Assembly: GCA_964016885.1 (NCBI GenBank)
Contig: OZ024741.1
Span: forward strand, 264,120,001 to 264,184,000
Length of the DNA stretch: 64,000 bases
Origin: Eledone cirrhosa
Lineage: Eukaryota
Direction: 5' to 3'
The notes under the pieces were generated by a model that had not been told where the DNA came from, made no database searches, and saw only the letters and a program-made list of their open reading frames with translations. Shown here piece after piece: positions 45,001 through 58,439 of this stretch (position 1 is its first letter; the number at the start of each line of letters is the position of its first letter). The position numbers were made by a program, and so were the translations under genes.

Positions 45001-48000
45001 GCTATTGACCAACTGGGACCTCCATGGTGTATGAGTACTGAGCTGGTATTTTACAGACTCAGATCTCCTTTTAACTCTCCAGCTATTGACCAACTGGGAC
45101 CTCCATGGTATATGAGTACTGAGCTGGTATTTTACAGACTCAGATCTCCCTTTAACTCTCCAGCCATTGACCAACTGGGACCACCATGGTATATGAGTTC
45201 TGAGCTGGTATTTTACAGACACAGATCTCCTTTTAACTCTCCAGCCATTGACCAACTTGGACCACCATGATGTATGAGTACTGAGCTGGTATTTTACAGA
45301 CACAGATCTCCTTTTAACTCTCCAGCCATTGACCAACTGGGACCAGCATGGTGTATGAGTACTGAGGTGGTATTTTACAGACACAGATCTCCTTTTAACT
45401 CTCCAGCCATTTACCAACTGGGACTACCATGATGTATGAGTACTGAGCTGGTATTTCACAGACTCAGATCTCCTTTTAACTCTCCAGCTATTGACCAACT
45501 GGGACCTCCGTGGTATATGAGTTCTGAGCTGGTATTTTACAGACACAGATCTCCTTTTAACACTCCAGTTTTTGACCAACTGGGACCACCATGATGTATC
45601 ATTACTGAGCTGGTATTTTACAGACAAAGATCTCCTTTTAACTCTCCAGCTATTGACCAACTGGGACCTACATGTATTATGAGTACTGAGCTGGTATTTC
45701 ACAGACTCAGATCTCCTTTTAACTCTCCAGCCATTGACCATCTGGGACCTCCATGGTATATGAGTTCTGAGCTGGAATTTTACAGACACGGATCTCCTTT
45801 TAACTCTCCAGCTATTCACCAACTGGGACCACCATGGTGTATGAGTTCTGAGCTGGTATTTTACAGACACAGATCTTTTAACTCTCCAGCCATTGACCAT
45901 CTGGGACCACCATGGTGTATGAGTACTGAGCTGGTATTTTACAGACACAGATCTCCTTTTAACACTCCAGTTTTTGACCAACTGGGACCACCATGATGTA
46001 TCATTACTGAGCTGCTATTTTACAGACAAAGATCTCCTTTTAACTCTCCAGCTATTGACCAACTGGGACCTACATGTATTATGAGTACTGAGCTGGTATT
46101 TTACAGACTCAGATCTCCTTTTACCTCTCCAGCCATTGACCAATTGGGACCTCCATGGTGTATGAGTACTGAGCTGGTATTTTACTGACACAGATCTCCT
46201 TTTAACTCTCCAGTCATTGACCAACTGGGACCTCCATGATGTATGAGTACTGAACTGGTATTTTACAGACACAGCTCTCCTTTTAACTTTCTAGCCATTG
46301 ACCAACTGGGACCTCCATGGTGTCTGAGTACTGAGCTGGTACTTAACAGACTCAGAGCTCCTTTTAACTCTCCAGCTATTGACCAACTGGGACCTCCGTG
46401 GTATATGATTTCTGAGCTGGTATTTTACAGACACAGATCTTTTTTTAACTCTCCAGCCATTGACCAACTGGGACCACCGTGGTATATGAGATCTGAGCTG
46501 GTATTTTACAGACTCAGATCTCCTTTTAACTCTCCAGCTATTGACCATCTGGGACCGCCATGATGTATGAGTACTGAGCTTGTATTTTACAGACTCAGAT
46601 CTCCTTTTAACTCTCCAGCCATTGACCAACTGGGACCACCATGGTGTATGAGTACTGAGGTGGTATTTTACAGACAGAGATTTCCTTTTAACTCTCCAGC
46701 TATTGACCAACTGGGACCACCATTGTGTATGAGTCCTTTGCTGGTATTTTACAGACAGAGATCTCCTTTTAACTCTCCAGCTATTGACCAGCTGGGACCA
46801 CCATGGTGTATGAGTACTTTGCTGGTATTTTACAGACAGAGATCTCATTTTAACTCTCCAGCTATTCACCAACTGGGACCACCATGGTGTATGAGTACTG
46901 AGCTTGTATTTTACAGACTCAGATCTCCTTTTAACTCTCCAGCCATTGACCAACTTGGACCACCATGGTGTATGAGTTCTAAGCTGGTATTTTACAGACA
47001 CAGATCTCCTTTTAACTTTCTAGCTATTGACCAACTGGGACCTCCATGGTGTATGAGTACTGAGCTGGTATTTTACAGACTCAGATCTCCTTTTAACTCT
47101 CCAGCTATTGACCAACTGGGACCTCCATGGTATATGAGTACTGAGCTGGTATTTTACAGACTCAGATCTCCCTTTAACTCTCCAGCCATTGACCAACTGG
47201 GACCACCATGGTATATGAGTTCTGAGCTGGTATTTTACAGACACAGATCTCCTTTTAACTCTCCAGCCATTGACCAACTTGGACCACCATGATGTATGAG
47301 TACTGAGCTGGTATTTTACAGACTCAGAGCTCCTTTTAACTCTCCAGCTATTGACCAACTGGTACCTCCGTGGTATATGAGTTCTGAGCTGGTATTTTAC
47401 AGACACAGATCTTTTTTTAACTCTCCAGCCATTGACCAACTGGGAACACCATGGTATATAAGTTCTGAGCTGGTATTTTACAGACACAGATCTCCTTTTA
47501 ACTCTCCAGCCATTGACCAACTGGGACCAGCATGGTGTATGAGTACTGAGGTGGTATTTTACAGACACAGATCTCCTTTTAACTCTCCAGCCATTGACCA
47601 ACTGGGACCACCATGGTGTATGAGTACTGAGCTGGTATTTTACTGACACAGATCTCCTTTTAACCTTCCAGCCTTTGACCAACTGGGACCTCCATGGTGT
47701 ATGAGTACTGAGCTGGTATTTTACAGACTCAGATCTCCTTTTAACTCTCCAGCTATTGACCAGCTGGGACCACCATGGTGTATGAGTACTTTGCTGGTAT
47801 TTTACAGACAGAGATCTCATTTTAACTCTCCAGCTATTCACCAACTGGGACCACCATGGTGTATGAGTACTGAGCTTGTATTTTACAGACTCAGATCTCC
47901 TTTTAACTCTCCAGCCATTGACCAACTTGGACCACCATGGTGTATGAGTTCTAAGCTGGTATTTTACAGACACAGATCTCCTTTTAACTTTCTAGCTATT

Positions 48001-51000
48001 GACCAACTGGGACCTCCATGGTGTATGAGTACTGAGCTGGTATTTTACAGACTCAGATCTCCTTTTAACTCTCCAGCTATTGACCAACTGGGACCTCCAT
48101 GGTATATGAGTACTGAGCTGGTATTTTACAGACTCAGATCTCCCTTTAACTCTCCAGCCATTGACCAACTGGGACCACCATGGTATATGAGTTCTGAGCT
48201 GGTATTTTACAGACACAGGTCTCCTTTTAACTCTCCAGCCATTGACCAACTTGGACCACCATGATGTATGAGTACTGAGCTGGTATTTTACAGACTCAGA
48301 GCTCCTTTTAACTCTCCAGCTATTGACCAACTGGTACCTCCGTGGTATATGAGTTCTGAGCTGGTATTTTACAGACACAGATCTTTTTTTAACTCTCCAG
48401 CCATTGACCAACTGGGAACACCATGGTATATAAGTTCTGAGCTGGTATTTTACAGACACAGATCTCCTTTTAACTCTCCAGCCATTGACCAACTGGGACC
48501 AGCATGGTGTATGAGTACTGAGGTGGTATTTTACAGACACAGATCTCCTTTTAACTCTCCAGCCATTGACCAACTGGGACCACCATGGTGTATGAGTACT
48601 GAGCTGGTATTTTACTGACACAGATCTCCTTTTAACCTTCCAGCCATTGACCAACTGGGACCTCCATGGTGTATGAGTACTGAGCTGGTATTTTACAGAC
48701 TCAGATCTCCTTTTAACTCTCCAGCTATTGACCAACTGGGACCTCCGTGGTATATGAGTTCTGAGCTGGTATTTTACAGACACAGATCTCCTTTTAACTC
48801 TCCAGCTATTGACCAGCTGGGACCACCATGGTGTATGAGTACTTTGCTGGTATTTTACAGACAGAGATCTCATTTTAACTCTCCAGCTATTCACCAACTG
48901 GGACCACCACGGTATATGAGTACTGAGCTGGTATTTTACAGATACAGATCTCATTTTAACTCTCCAGCTATTGACCAACTGGGACCTCCACGGTATATGA
49001 GTTCTGAGCTGGTATTTTAAAGACGCAGATCTCCTTTTAACTCTCCAGCCATTGACCAACTGGGACCACCATGGTATATAAGTTCTGAGCTGGTATTTTA
49101 CAGACACAGATCTCCTTTTAACTCTCCAGCCATTGACCATCTGGGACCACCATGGTGTATGAGTACTGAGGTGGTATTTTACAGACACAGATCTCCTTTT
49201 AACTCTCCAGCCATTGACCAACTGGGACTACCATGATGTATGAGTACTGAGCTGGTATTTCACAGACTCAGATCTCCTTTTAACTCTCCAGCTATTGACC
49301 AACTGGGACCTCCGTGGTATATGAGTTCTGAGCTGGTATTTTACAGACACAGATCTCCTTTTAACACTCCAGTTTTTGACCAACTGGGACCACCATGATG
49401 TATCATTACTGAGCTGGTATTTTACAGACAAAGATCTCCTTTTAACTCTCCAGCTATTGACCAACTGGGACCTACATGTATTATGAGTACTGAGCTGGTA
49501 TTTCACAGACTCAGATCTCCTTTTAACTCTCCAGCCATTGACCATCTGGGCCCTCCATGGTATATGAGTTCTGAGCTGGAATTTTACAGACACGGATCTC
49601 CTTTTAACTCTCCAGCTATTCACCAACTGGGACCACCATGGTGTATGAGTTCTGAGCTGGTATTTTACAGACACAGATCTTTTAACTCTCCAGCCATTGA
49701 CCATCTGGGACCACCATGGTGTATGAGTACTGAGCTGGTATTTTACAGACTCAGATCTCCTTTTAACACTCCAGTTTTTGACCAACTGGGACCACCATGA
49801 TGTATCATTACTGAGCTGGTATTTTACAGACAAAGATCTCCTTTTAACTCTCCAGCTATTGACCAACTGGGACCTACATGTATTATGAGTACTGAGCTGG
49901 TATTTTACAGACTCAGATCTCCTTTTACCTCTCCAGCCATTGACCAATTGGGACCTCCATGGTGTATGAGTACTGAGCTGGTATTTTACTGACACAGATC
50001 TCCTTTTAACTCTCCAGTCATTGACCAACTGGGACCTCCATGATGTATGAGTACTGAACTGGTATTTTACAGACACAGCTCTCCTTTTAACTTTCTAGCC
50101 ATTGACCAACTGGGACCTCCATGGTGTCTGAGTACTGAGCTGGTATTTAACAGACTCAGAGCTCCTTTTAACTCTCCAGCTATTGACCAACTGGGACCTC
50201 CGTGGTATATGAGTTCTGAGCTGGTATTTTACAGACACAGATCTTTTTTTAACTCTCCAGCCATTGACCAACTGGGACCACCGTGGTATATGAGATCTGA
50301 GCTGGTATTTTACAGACTCAGATCTCCTTTTAACTCTCCAGCTATTGACCATCTGGGACCGCCATGATGTATGAGTACTGAGCTTGTATTTTACAGACTC
50401 AGATCTCCTTTTAACTCTCCAGCCATTGACCAACTGGGACCACCATGGTGTATGAGTACTGAGGTGGTATTTTACAGACAGAGATTTCCTTTTAACTCTC
50501 CAGCTATTGACCAACTGGGACCACCATTGTGTATGAGTCCTTTGCTCTTATTTTACAGACAGAGATCTCCTTTTAACTCTCCAGCTATTGACCAGCTGGG
50601 ACCACCATGGTGTATGAGTACTTTGCTGGTATTTTACAGACAGAGATCTCATTTTAACTCTCCAGCTATTCACCAACTGGGACCACCATGGTTTATGAGT
50701 ACTGAGCTTGTATTTTACAGACTCAGATCTCCTTTTAACTCTCCAGCCATTGACCAACTTGGACCACCATGGTGTATGAGTTCTAGGCTGGTATTTTACA
50801 GACACAGATCTCCTTTTAACTCTCTAGCCATTGACTAACTGGGACCACCATGGTGTATGAGTACTGATCTTGTATTTTACAGACACAGATCTCATTTTAA
50901 CTCTCCAGCTATTGACCATCTGGGACCACCATGGTTTATGAGTACTGAGCTGGTATTTTACAGACACAGATCTTCTTTCAATTCTCCAGCCATTGACCAA

Positions 51001-54000
51001 CTGGGACCACCATGGTGTATGAGTAATGAGGTGGTATTTTACAGACAGAGATTTCCTTTTAACTCTCCAGCTATTGACCAACTGGGACCACCATTGTGTA
51101 TGAGTCCTTTGCTGGTATTTTACAGACAGAGATGTCCTTTTAACTCTCCAGCTATTGACCAGCTGGGACCACCATGGTGTATGAGTACTTTGCTGGTATT
51201 TTACAGACAGAGATCTCATTTTAACTCTCCAGCTATTCACCAACTGGGACCACCATGGTGTATGAGTACTGAGCTTGTATTTTACAGACACAGATCTCCT
51301 TTTAACTCTCCAGCTATTGACCAACTGGGACCACCATGATGTATGAGTACTGAGCTGGTATTTTACAGACTCAGATCTCCTTTTAACTCTCCAGCTATTG
51401 ACCAACAGGGACCTCCATGGTATATGAGTACTGAGCTTGTATTTTACAGACACAGATCTCCTTTTAACTCTCCAGCTATTGACCATCTGGGACCACCATG
51501 GTGTATGAGTACTGAGCTGGTATTTTACAGACACAGATCTCCTCTTAACACTCCAATCTTTGACCAACTGCGACCACCATGATGTATCAGTACTGAGCTG
51601 GTATTTTACAGACAAAGATCTCCTTTTAACTCTCCAGCGATTGACCAACTGGGACCTCCATGATGTATGAGTACTGAACTGGTATTTTACAGACTCAGAT
51701 CTCCTTTTAACTCTCCAGCGATTGACCAACTTGGACCACCATGATGTATGAGTACTGAGCTGGTATTTTACAGACACAGCTCTCCTTTTAACTCTCCATC
51801 TATTGACCAACTGAGATCGCCATGGTATATAATTTCTGAGCTGGTATTTTACAGACACAGATCTCCTTTTAACTCTCCAGCCATTGACCAACTGGGACCA
51901 CCATGGTTTATGAGTACTGAGGTGGTATTTTATAGACACAGATCTCCTTTTAACTCTCCAGCCATTGACCAACTGGGACTACCATGATGTATGAGTACTG
52001 AGCTGGTATTTTACAGACTCAGAGCTCCTTTTAACTCTCGAGCTATTGACCAACTGGGACCACCGTGGTATATGAGTTCTGAGCTGGTATTTTACAGACA
52101 CAGATCTTCTTTTAACTCTCTGGCTATTGACCAACTGGGATATCCATGGTACATGAGTTCTGAGCTGGTATTTTACAGACTCAGATCTCCTTTTAACTCT
52201 CCAGCCATTGACCAACTGGGACCACCATGGTGTATGAGTACTGAGGTGGTATTTTACAGACAGAGATTTCCTTTTAACTCTCCAGCTATTGACCAACTTG
52301 GACCACCATGATGTATGAGTACTGAGCTGGTATTTTACAGACACAGCTCTCCTTTTAACTCTCCATCTATTGACCAACTGAGATCGCCATGGTATATAAT
52401 TTCTGAGCTGGTATTTTACAGACACAGATCTCCTTTTAACTCTCCAGCCATTGACCAACTGGGACCACCATGGTTTATGAGTACTGAGGTGGTATTTTAT
52501 AGACACAGATCTCCTTTTAACTCTCCAGCCATTGACCAACTGGGACTACCATGATGTATGAGTACTGAGCTGGTATTTTACAGACTCAGAGCTCCTTTTA
52601 ACTCTCGAGCTATTGACCAACTGGGACCACCGTGGTATATGAGTTCTGAGCTGGTATTTTACAGACTCAGATCTCCTTTTAACTCTCCAGCAATTGACCA
52701 TCTGGGACCGCCATGATGTATGAGTACTGAGCTTGTATTTTACAGACTCATATCTCCTTTTAACTCTCCAGCCATTGACCAACTGGGACCACCATGGTGT
52801 ATGAGTACTGAGGTGGTATTTTACAGACAGAGATTTCCTTTTAACTCTCCAGCTATTGACCAACTGGGACCACCATTGTGTATGAGTCCTTTGCTGGTAT
52901 TTTACAGACAGAGATCTCCTTTTAACTCTCCAGCTATTGACCAGCTGGGACCACCATGGTGTATGAGTACTTTGCTGGTATTTTACAGACAGAGATCTCA
53001 TTTTAACTCTCCAGCTATTCACCAACTGGGACCACCATGGTGTATGAGTACTGAGCTTGTATTTTACAGACACAGATCTCCTTTTAACTCTCAGCTATTG
53101 ACCATCTGGGACCACCATGGTGTATGAGTACTGAGCTGGTATTTTACAGACACAGATCCCCTTTTAACACTCCAGTCTTTGACCAACTGGGACCACCATG
53201 ATGTATCAGTACTGAGCTGGTATTTGACAGACAAAGATCTCCTTTTAACTCTCCAGCTATTGACCAACTGGGACCTACATGGTGTATGAGTACTGAGCTG
53301 GTATTTTACAGTCTCAGATCTCCTTTTACCTCTCCAGCCATTGACCAACTGGGACCTCCATGGTGTATGAGTACTGAGCTGGTATTTTACTGACACAGAT
53401 CTCCTTTTAGCTCTCCAGCCATTGACCAACTGGGACCTCCATGATGTATGAGTACTGAACTGGTATTTTACAGACACAGCTCTCCTTTTAACTCTCCAGC
53501 CATTGACCAACTGGGACCTCCATGGTTTATGAGTATTGAGCTGGTATTTTACAGACTCAGATCTCCTTTTAACTCTCCAGCCATTGACCAACTTGGACCA
53601 CCATGATGTATGAGTACTGAGCTGGTATTTTACAGACACAGCTCTCCTTTTAACTCTCCAGCTATTGACCAACTGAGACCGCCATGGTGTATGAGTACTG
53701 AGCTGGTATTTTACTGACACAGATCTCCTTTTAACTCTCCAGCCATTGACCAACTGGGACCTCCATGATGTATGAGTACTGAGCTGGTATTTTACAGACA
53801 CAGATCTCCTTTTAATTCTCCAGCTATTGACCAACTGGGACCACCATGATGTATGAGTACTGAGCTGGTATTTTACAGATACAGATCTCCTTTTAACTCT
53901 CCAGCTATTGACCAACTGGGACCTCCACGGTATATGAGTTCTGAGCTGGTATTTTAAAGACACAGATCTCCTTTTATCTCTCCGGCCATTGACCAACAGG

Positions 54001-57000
54001 GACCACCATGGTATATGAGTTCTGAGCTGGTATTTTACAGACCCAGATCTCGTTTTAACTCTCCAGCTATTTACCAACTGGGACCACCATGGTGTATGAG
54101 TACTTTGCTGGTATTTTACAGACACAGATCTCCTTTTAACTATCCAACTATTGACCAACTGGGACCTCCATGGTGTATGAGTTCTGAGCTGGTATTTTAC
54201 AGACACTGATCTCCTTTTAACTCTCCAGCCATTGACCAACTGGGACCACTATGATGTATGAGTACTGATCTGGTATTTTACAGACTCAGAGCTCCTTTTA
54301 ACTCTCCAGCTATTGACCAACTGGGACCTCCGTGGTATATGAGTTCTGAGCTGGTATTTTACAGACACATATCTCCTTTTAACTCTCCAGCCATTGACCA
54401 ACTGGGAACACCATGGTATATAAGTTCTGAGCTGGTATTTTACAGACACAGATCTCCTTTTAACTCTCCAGCCATTGACCAACTGGGACCACCATGGTGT
54501 ATGAGTACTGAGGTGGTATTTTACAGACACAGATCTCCTTTTAACTCTCCAGCTATTGACCATCTGGGACCACCATGATGTATCAGTACTGAGCTGGTAT
54601 TTTACAGACAAAGATCTCCTTTTAACTCTCCAGCCATTGACCAACTTGGACCACCATGATGTATGAGTACTGAGCTGGTATTTTAAAGACACAGCTCTCC
54701 TTTTAACTCTCCAGCTATTGACCAACTGAGACCGCCATGGTGTATGAGTACTGAGCTGGTATTTTACTGACACAGATCTCCTTTTAACTCTCCAGCCATT
54801 GACCAACTGGGACCTCCATGATGTATGAGTACTGAGCTGGTATTTTACAGACACAGATCTCCTTTTAATTCTCCAGCTATTGACCAACTGGGACCACCAT
54901 GATGTATGAGTACTGAGCTGGTATTTTACAGACTCAGAGCTCCTTTTAACTCTCCAGCTATTGACCAACTGGGACCTCCGTGGTATATGAGTTCTGAGCT
55001 GGTATTTTACAGACACATATCTCCTTTTAACTCTCCAGCCATTGACCAACTGGGAACACCATGGTATATAAGTTCTGAGCTGGTATTTTACAGACACAGA
55101 TCTCCTTTTAACTCTCCAGCCATTGACCAACTGGGACCACCATGGTGTATGAGTACTGAGGTGGTATTTTACAGACACAGATCTCCTTTTAACTCTCCAG
55201 CCATTGACCAACTGGGACTACCATGATGTATGAGTACTGAGCTGGTATTTTACAGACTAAGAGCTCCTTTTAACTTTCCAGCTATTGACCAACTGGGACC
55301 TCCGTTGTATATGAGTTTTGAGCTGGTACTTTACAGACACAGATCTCCTTTTAACTCTCCAGCCATTGACCAACTTGGACCACCATGGTGTATGAGTTTT
55401 AAGCTGGTATTTTACAGACAGAGATCTCATTTTAACTCTCCAGCTATTCACCAACTGGGACCACCATGGTGTATGAGTACTGAGCTTGTATTTTACAGAC
55501 ACAGATCTCCTTTTAACTCTCCAGCTATTGACCATCTGGGACCACCATGGTTTATGAGTACTGAGCTGGTATTTTACAGACACAGATCTCCTTTTAACAC
55601 TCCAGTCTTTGACCAACTGGGACCACCATGATGTATCAGTACTGAGCTGGTATTTTACAGACAAAGATCTCCTTTTAACTCTCCAGCTATTGACCAACTG
55701 GGACCTACATGGTGTATGAGTACTGAGCTGGTATTTTACAGTCTCAGATCTCCTTTTACCTCTCCAGCCATTGACCAACTGGGACCTCCATGGTGTATGA
55801 GTACTGAGCTGGTATTTTACTGACACAGATCTCCTTTTAACTCTCCAGCCATTGACCATCTGGGACCTCCATGATGTATGAGTACTGAACTGGTATTTTA
55901 CAGACACAGCTCTCCTTTTAACTCTCCAGCCATTGACCAACTGGGACCTCCATGGTTTATGAGTATTGAGCTGGTATTTTACAGACTCAGATCTCCTTTT
56001 AACTCTCCAGCCATTGACCAACTTGGACCACCATGATGTATGAGTACTGAGCTGGTATTTTAAAGACACAGCTCTCCTTTTAACTCTCCAGCTATTGACC
56101 AACTGAGACCGCCATGGTGTATGAGTACTGAGCTGGTATTTTACTGACACAGATCTCCTTTTAACTCTCCAGCCATTGACCAACTGGGACCTCCATGATG
56201 TATGAGTACTGAGCTGGTATTTTACAGACACAGATCTCCTTTTAATTCTCCAGCTATTGACCAACTGGGACCACCATGATGTATGAGTACTGAGCTGGTA
56301 TTTTACAGATACAGATCTCCTTTTAACTCTCCAGCTATTGACCCACTGTGACCTCCACGGTATATGAGTTCTGAGCTGGTATTTTAAAGACACAGATCTC
56401 CTTTTATCTCTCCGGCCATTGACCAACAGGGACCACCATGGTATATGAGTTCTGAGCTGGTATTTTACAGACCCAGATCTCGTTTTAACTCTTCAGCTAT
56501 TGACCAACTGGGACCACCATGGTGTATGAGTACTTTGCTGGTATTTTACAGACACAGATCTCCTTTTAACTATCCAACTATTGACCAACTGGGACCTCCA
56601 TGGTGTATGAGTTCTGAGCTGGTATTTTACAGACACAGATCTCCTTTTAACTCTCCAGCCATTGACCAACTGGGACCACCATGGTATATGAGTTCTGAGC
56701 TGATATTTTACAGACTCAGAGCTCCTTTTAACTCTCCAGCTATTGACCAACTGGGACCTCCGTGGTATATGAGTTCTGAGCTGGTATTTTACAGACACAT
56801 ATCTCCTTTTAACTCTCCAGCCATTGACCAACTGGGAACACCATGGTATATAAGTTCTGAGCTGGTATTTTACAGACACAGATCTCCTTTTAACTCTCCA
56901 GCTATTGACCAACTGGGACTACCATGATGTATGAGTACTGAGCTGGTATTTTACAGACTCAGAGCTCCTTTTAACTCTCCAGCTATTGACCAACTGGGAC

Positions 57001-57844
57001 CTCCGTTGTATATGAGTTTTGAGCTGGTATTTTACAGACTCACATCTCCTTTTAACTCTCCAGCTATTGACCAACTGGGACCGCCATGATGTATGAGTAC
57101 TGAGCTGGTATTTCACAGACTCAAATCTCCTTTTAACACTCCAGCCATTGACCAACTGGGACCACCATGGCGTATGTATACTGAGGTGGTATTTTACAGA
57201 CAGAGATCTCCTTTTAACTCTCCAGCTATTGACCAACTGGGACCTCCATGGTATATGAGTTCTGAGCTGGTATTTTACAGACACGGATCTCCTTTTAACT
57301 CTCCAGCCATTGACGAACTGGGACCACCATGGTGTATGAGTTCTAAGCTGGTATTTTACAGACACAGATCTCCTTTTAACTCTCCAGCCATTGACTAACT
57401 GGGACCACCATGGTGTATGAGTATTGAGCTGGTATTTTACAGACTCAGATCTCCTTTTAACTCTCCAGCCATTGACTAACTGGGACCACCATGGTGTATG
57501 AGTACTGAGCTTGTATTTTAAAGACACAGATCTCCTTTTAACTCTCCAACCATTGACCAACTGGGACCACCATGGTGTATGAGTACTGAGCTAGTATTTT
57601 ACAGACACAGATCACCTTTTAACAATCCAGTTTTGACCAACTGGGACCACCATGATGTATGAGTACTGAGCTGGTATTTTACAGACACAGATCTCCTTTT
57701 TACTCTGCAGCTATTGACCAACTGGGACCTACATGGTGTATGAGTACTGAGCTGGTATTTTACAGACACAGATCTCCTTTTAACTCTCCAGCTATTGACC
57801 AACTGGGACCTCCATGGTGTATGAGTACTGAGCTGGTATTTTAC
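1..57844. repeat. 81-bp tandem satellite DNA, main block (about 714 monomers, continues beyond window start)
   Basis: Consensus GACACAGATCTCCTTTTAACTCTCCAGC(C/T)ATTGACCAACTGGGACC(A/T)CCATG(G/A)T(A/G)TATGAGT(T/A)CTGAGCTGGTATTTTACA repeats head-to-tail without inversion; it ends at ...GGTATTTTAC (57844). Copy number is length divided by 81. Confidence 0.99.
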
Positions 57845-57895
57845 CATGACTGAATCTTAACCATCTACTATGTCAGGGTATGTGATGCATCATCT

Positions 57896-57962
57896 TATTT
57901 TATCTGATGAGGACGTACTGTTGAAGTTAGCTCAGTACCTCTGAAATATGTATAATAAAATA
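57896..57962 (+). ncRNA. Minimal type I hammerhead ribozyme, apparently intact core
   Basis: Helix I TATTTTAT (57896-57903) with ATAAAATA (57955-57962), 8/8 pairs; core CTGATGA (57904-57910); helix II GGACGTACTG with CAGTACCTCT, 9/10 pairs including one G-U; GAAA (57943-57946); short near-palindromic helix III ATATGTAT; predicted AUA cleavage after 57954. Confidence 0.85.
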
Positions 57963-58199
57963 TACTTGATCACAAGAATGTCTATTTTTGTTAATATTTT
58001 GAATTAATATATATATATATTAACAGCATATATATGTGTAGGTATGTATATTCCCTCTGATAGTTTGTAAAACTTTTACATAGATCTATATGATATACAT
58101 ACCAACACACACATATATATCCTAGAAACGATCGTAAAATGATGAATTTTTTAATATAATGAACTGTTTCTTTGTTTTTATTCATTGTTTTTATTAATT

Positions 58200-58321
58200 T
58201 ATATATATACATATATGTATATACATGTATATATATATATGTAAACTTTTATGTATGTAAACTTTTATATATGTAAACTTTTATATATGTAAACTTTTAT
58301 ATATATATATATATATATATT
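58200..58321. repeat. (TA)n-rich microsatellite with four copies of a 16-bp unit TATATATGTAAACTTT
   Basis: GTAAACTTTT recurs at 58241, 58257, 58273 and 58289 within TA runs. Confidence 0.9.
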
Positions 58322-58439
58322 GATTATTACTTTAAATCGAGTCAGGCAAATCATATTGTTTTAAGTTAGTATTTTTCAACCTAATTAACTTGGTCATTTG
58401 CAATTGCAACGTATACTTATATCTGTGTTTATTTCTCTC

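Larger units (their letters stand above)
57845..58439 (+). mobile_element. 595-bp AT-rich non-coding insert in the satellite, carrying a hammerhead motif; flanked by 7-bp direct repeat (possible TSD)
   Basis: ATTTTAC at 57838-57844 and at 58440-58446; satellite phase resumes exactly after the second copy. Mobile origin is inferred; an intron-like reading is also possible. Confidence 0.5.

Noticed and set aside
1-57844. C2H2 zinc-finger array or other repeat protein
   Set aside because: No frame has CxxC...HxxxH or TGEKP linkers, and the period is 27 rather than 28 codons.
1-57844. CRISPR array
   Set aside because: No unique spacers, no cas genes, and the context is eukaryotic.
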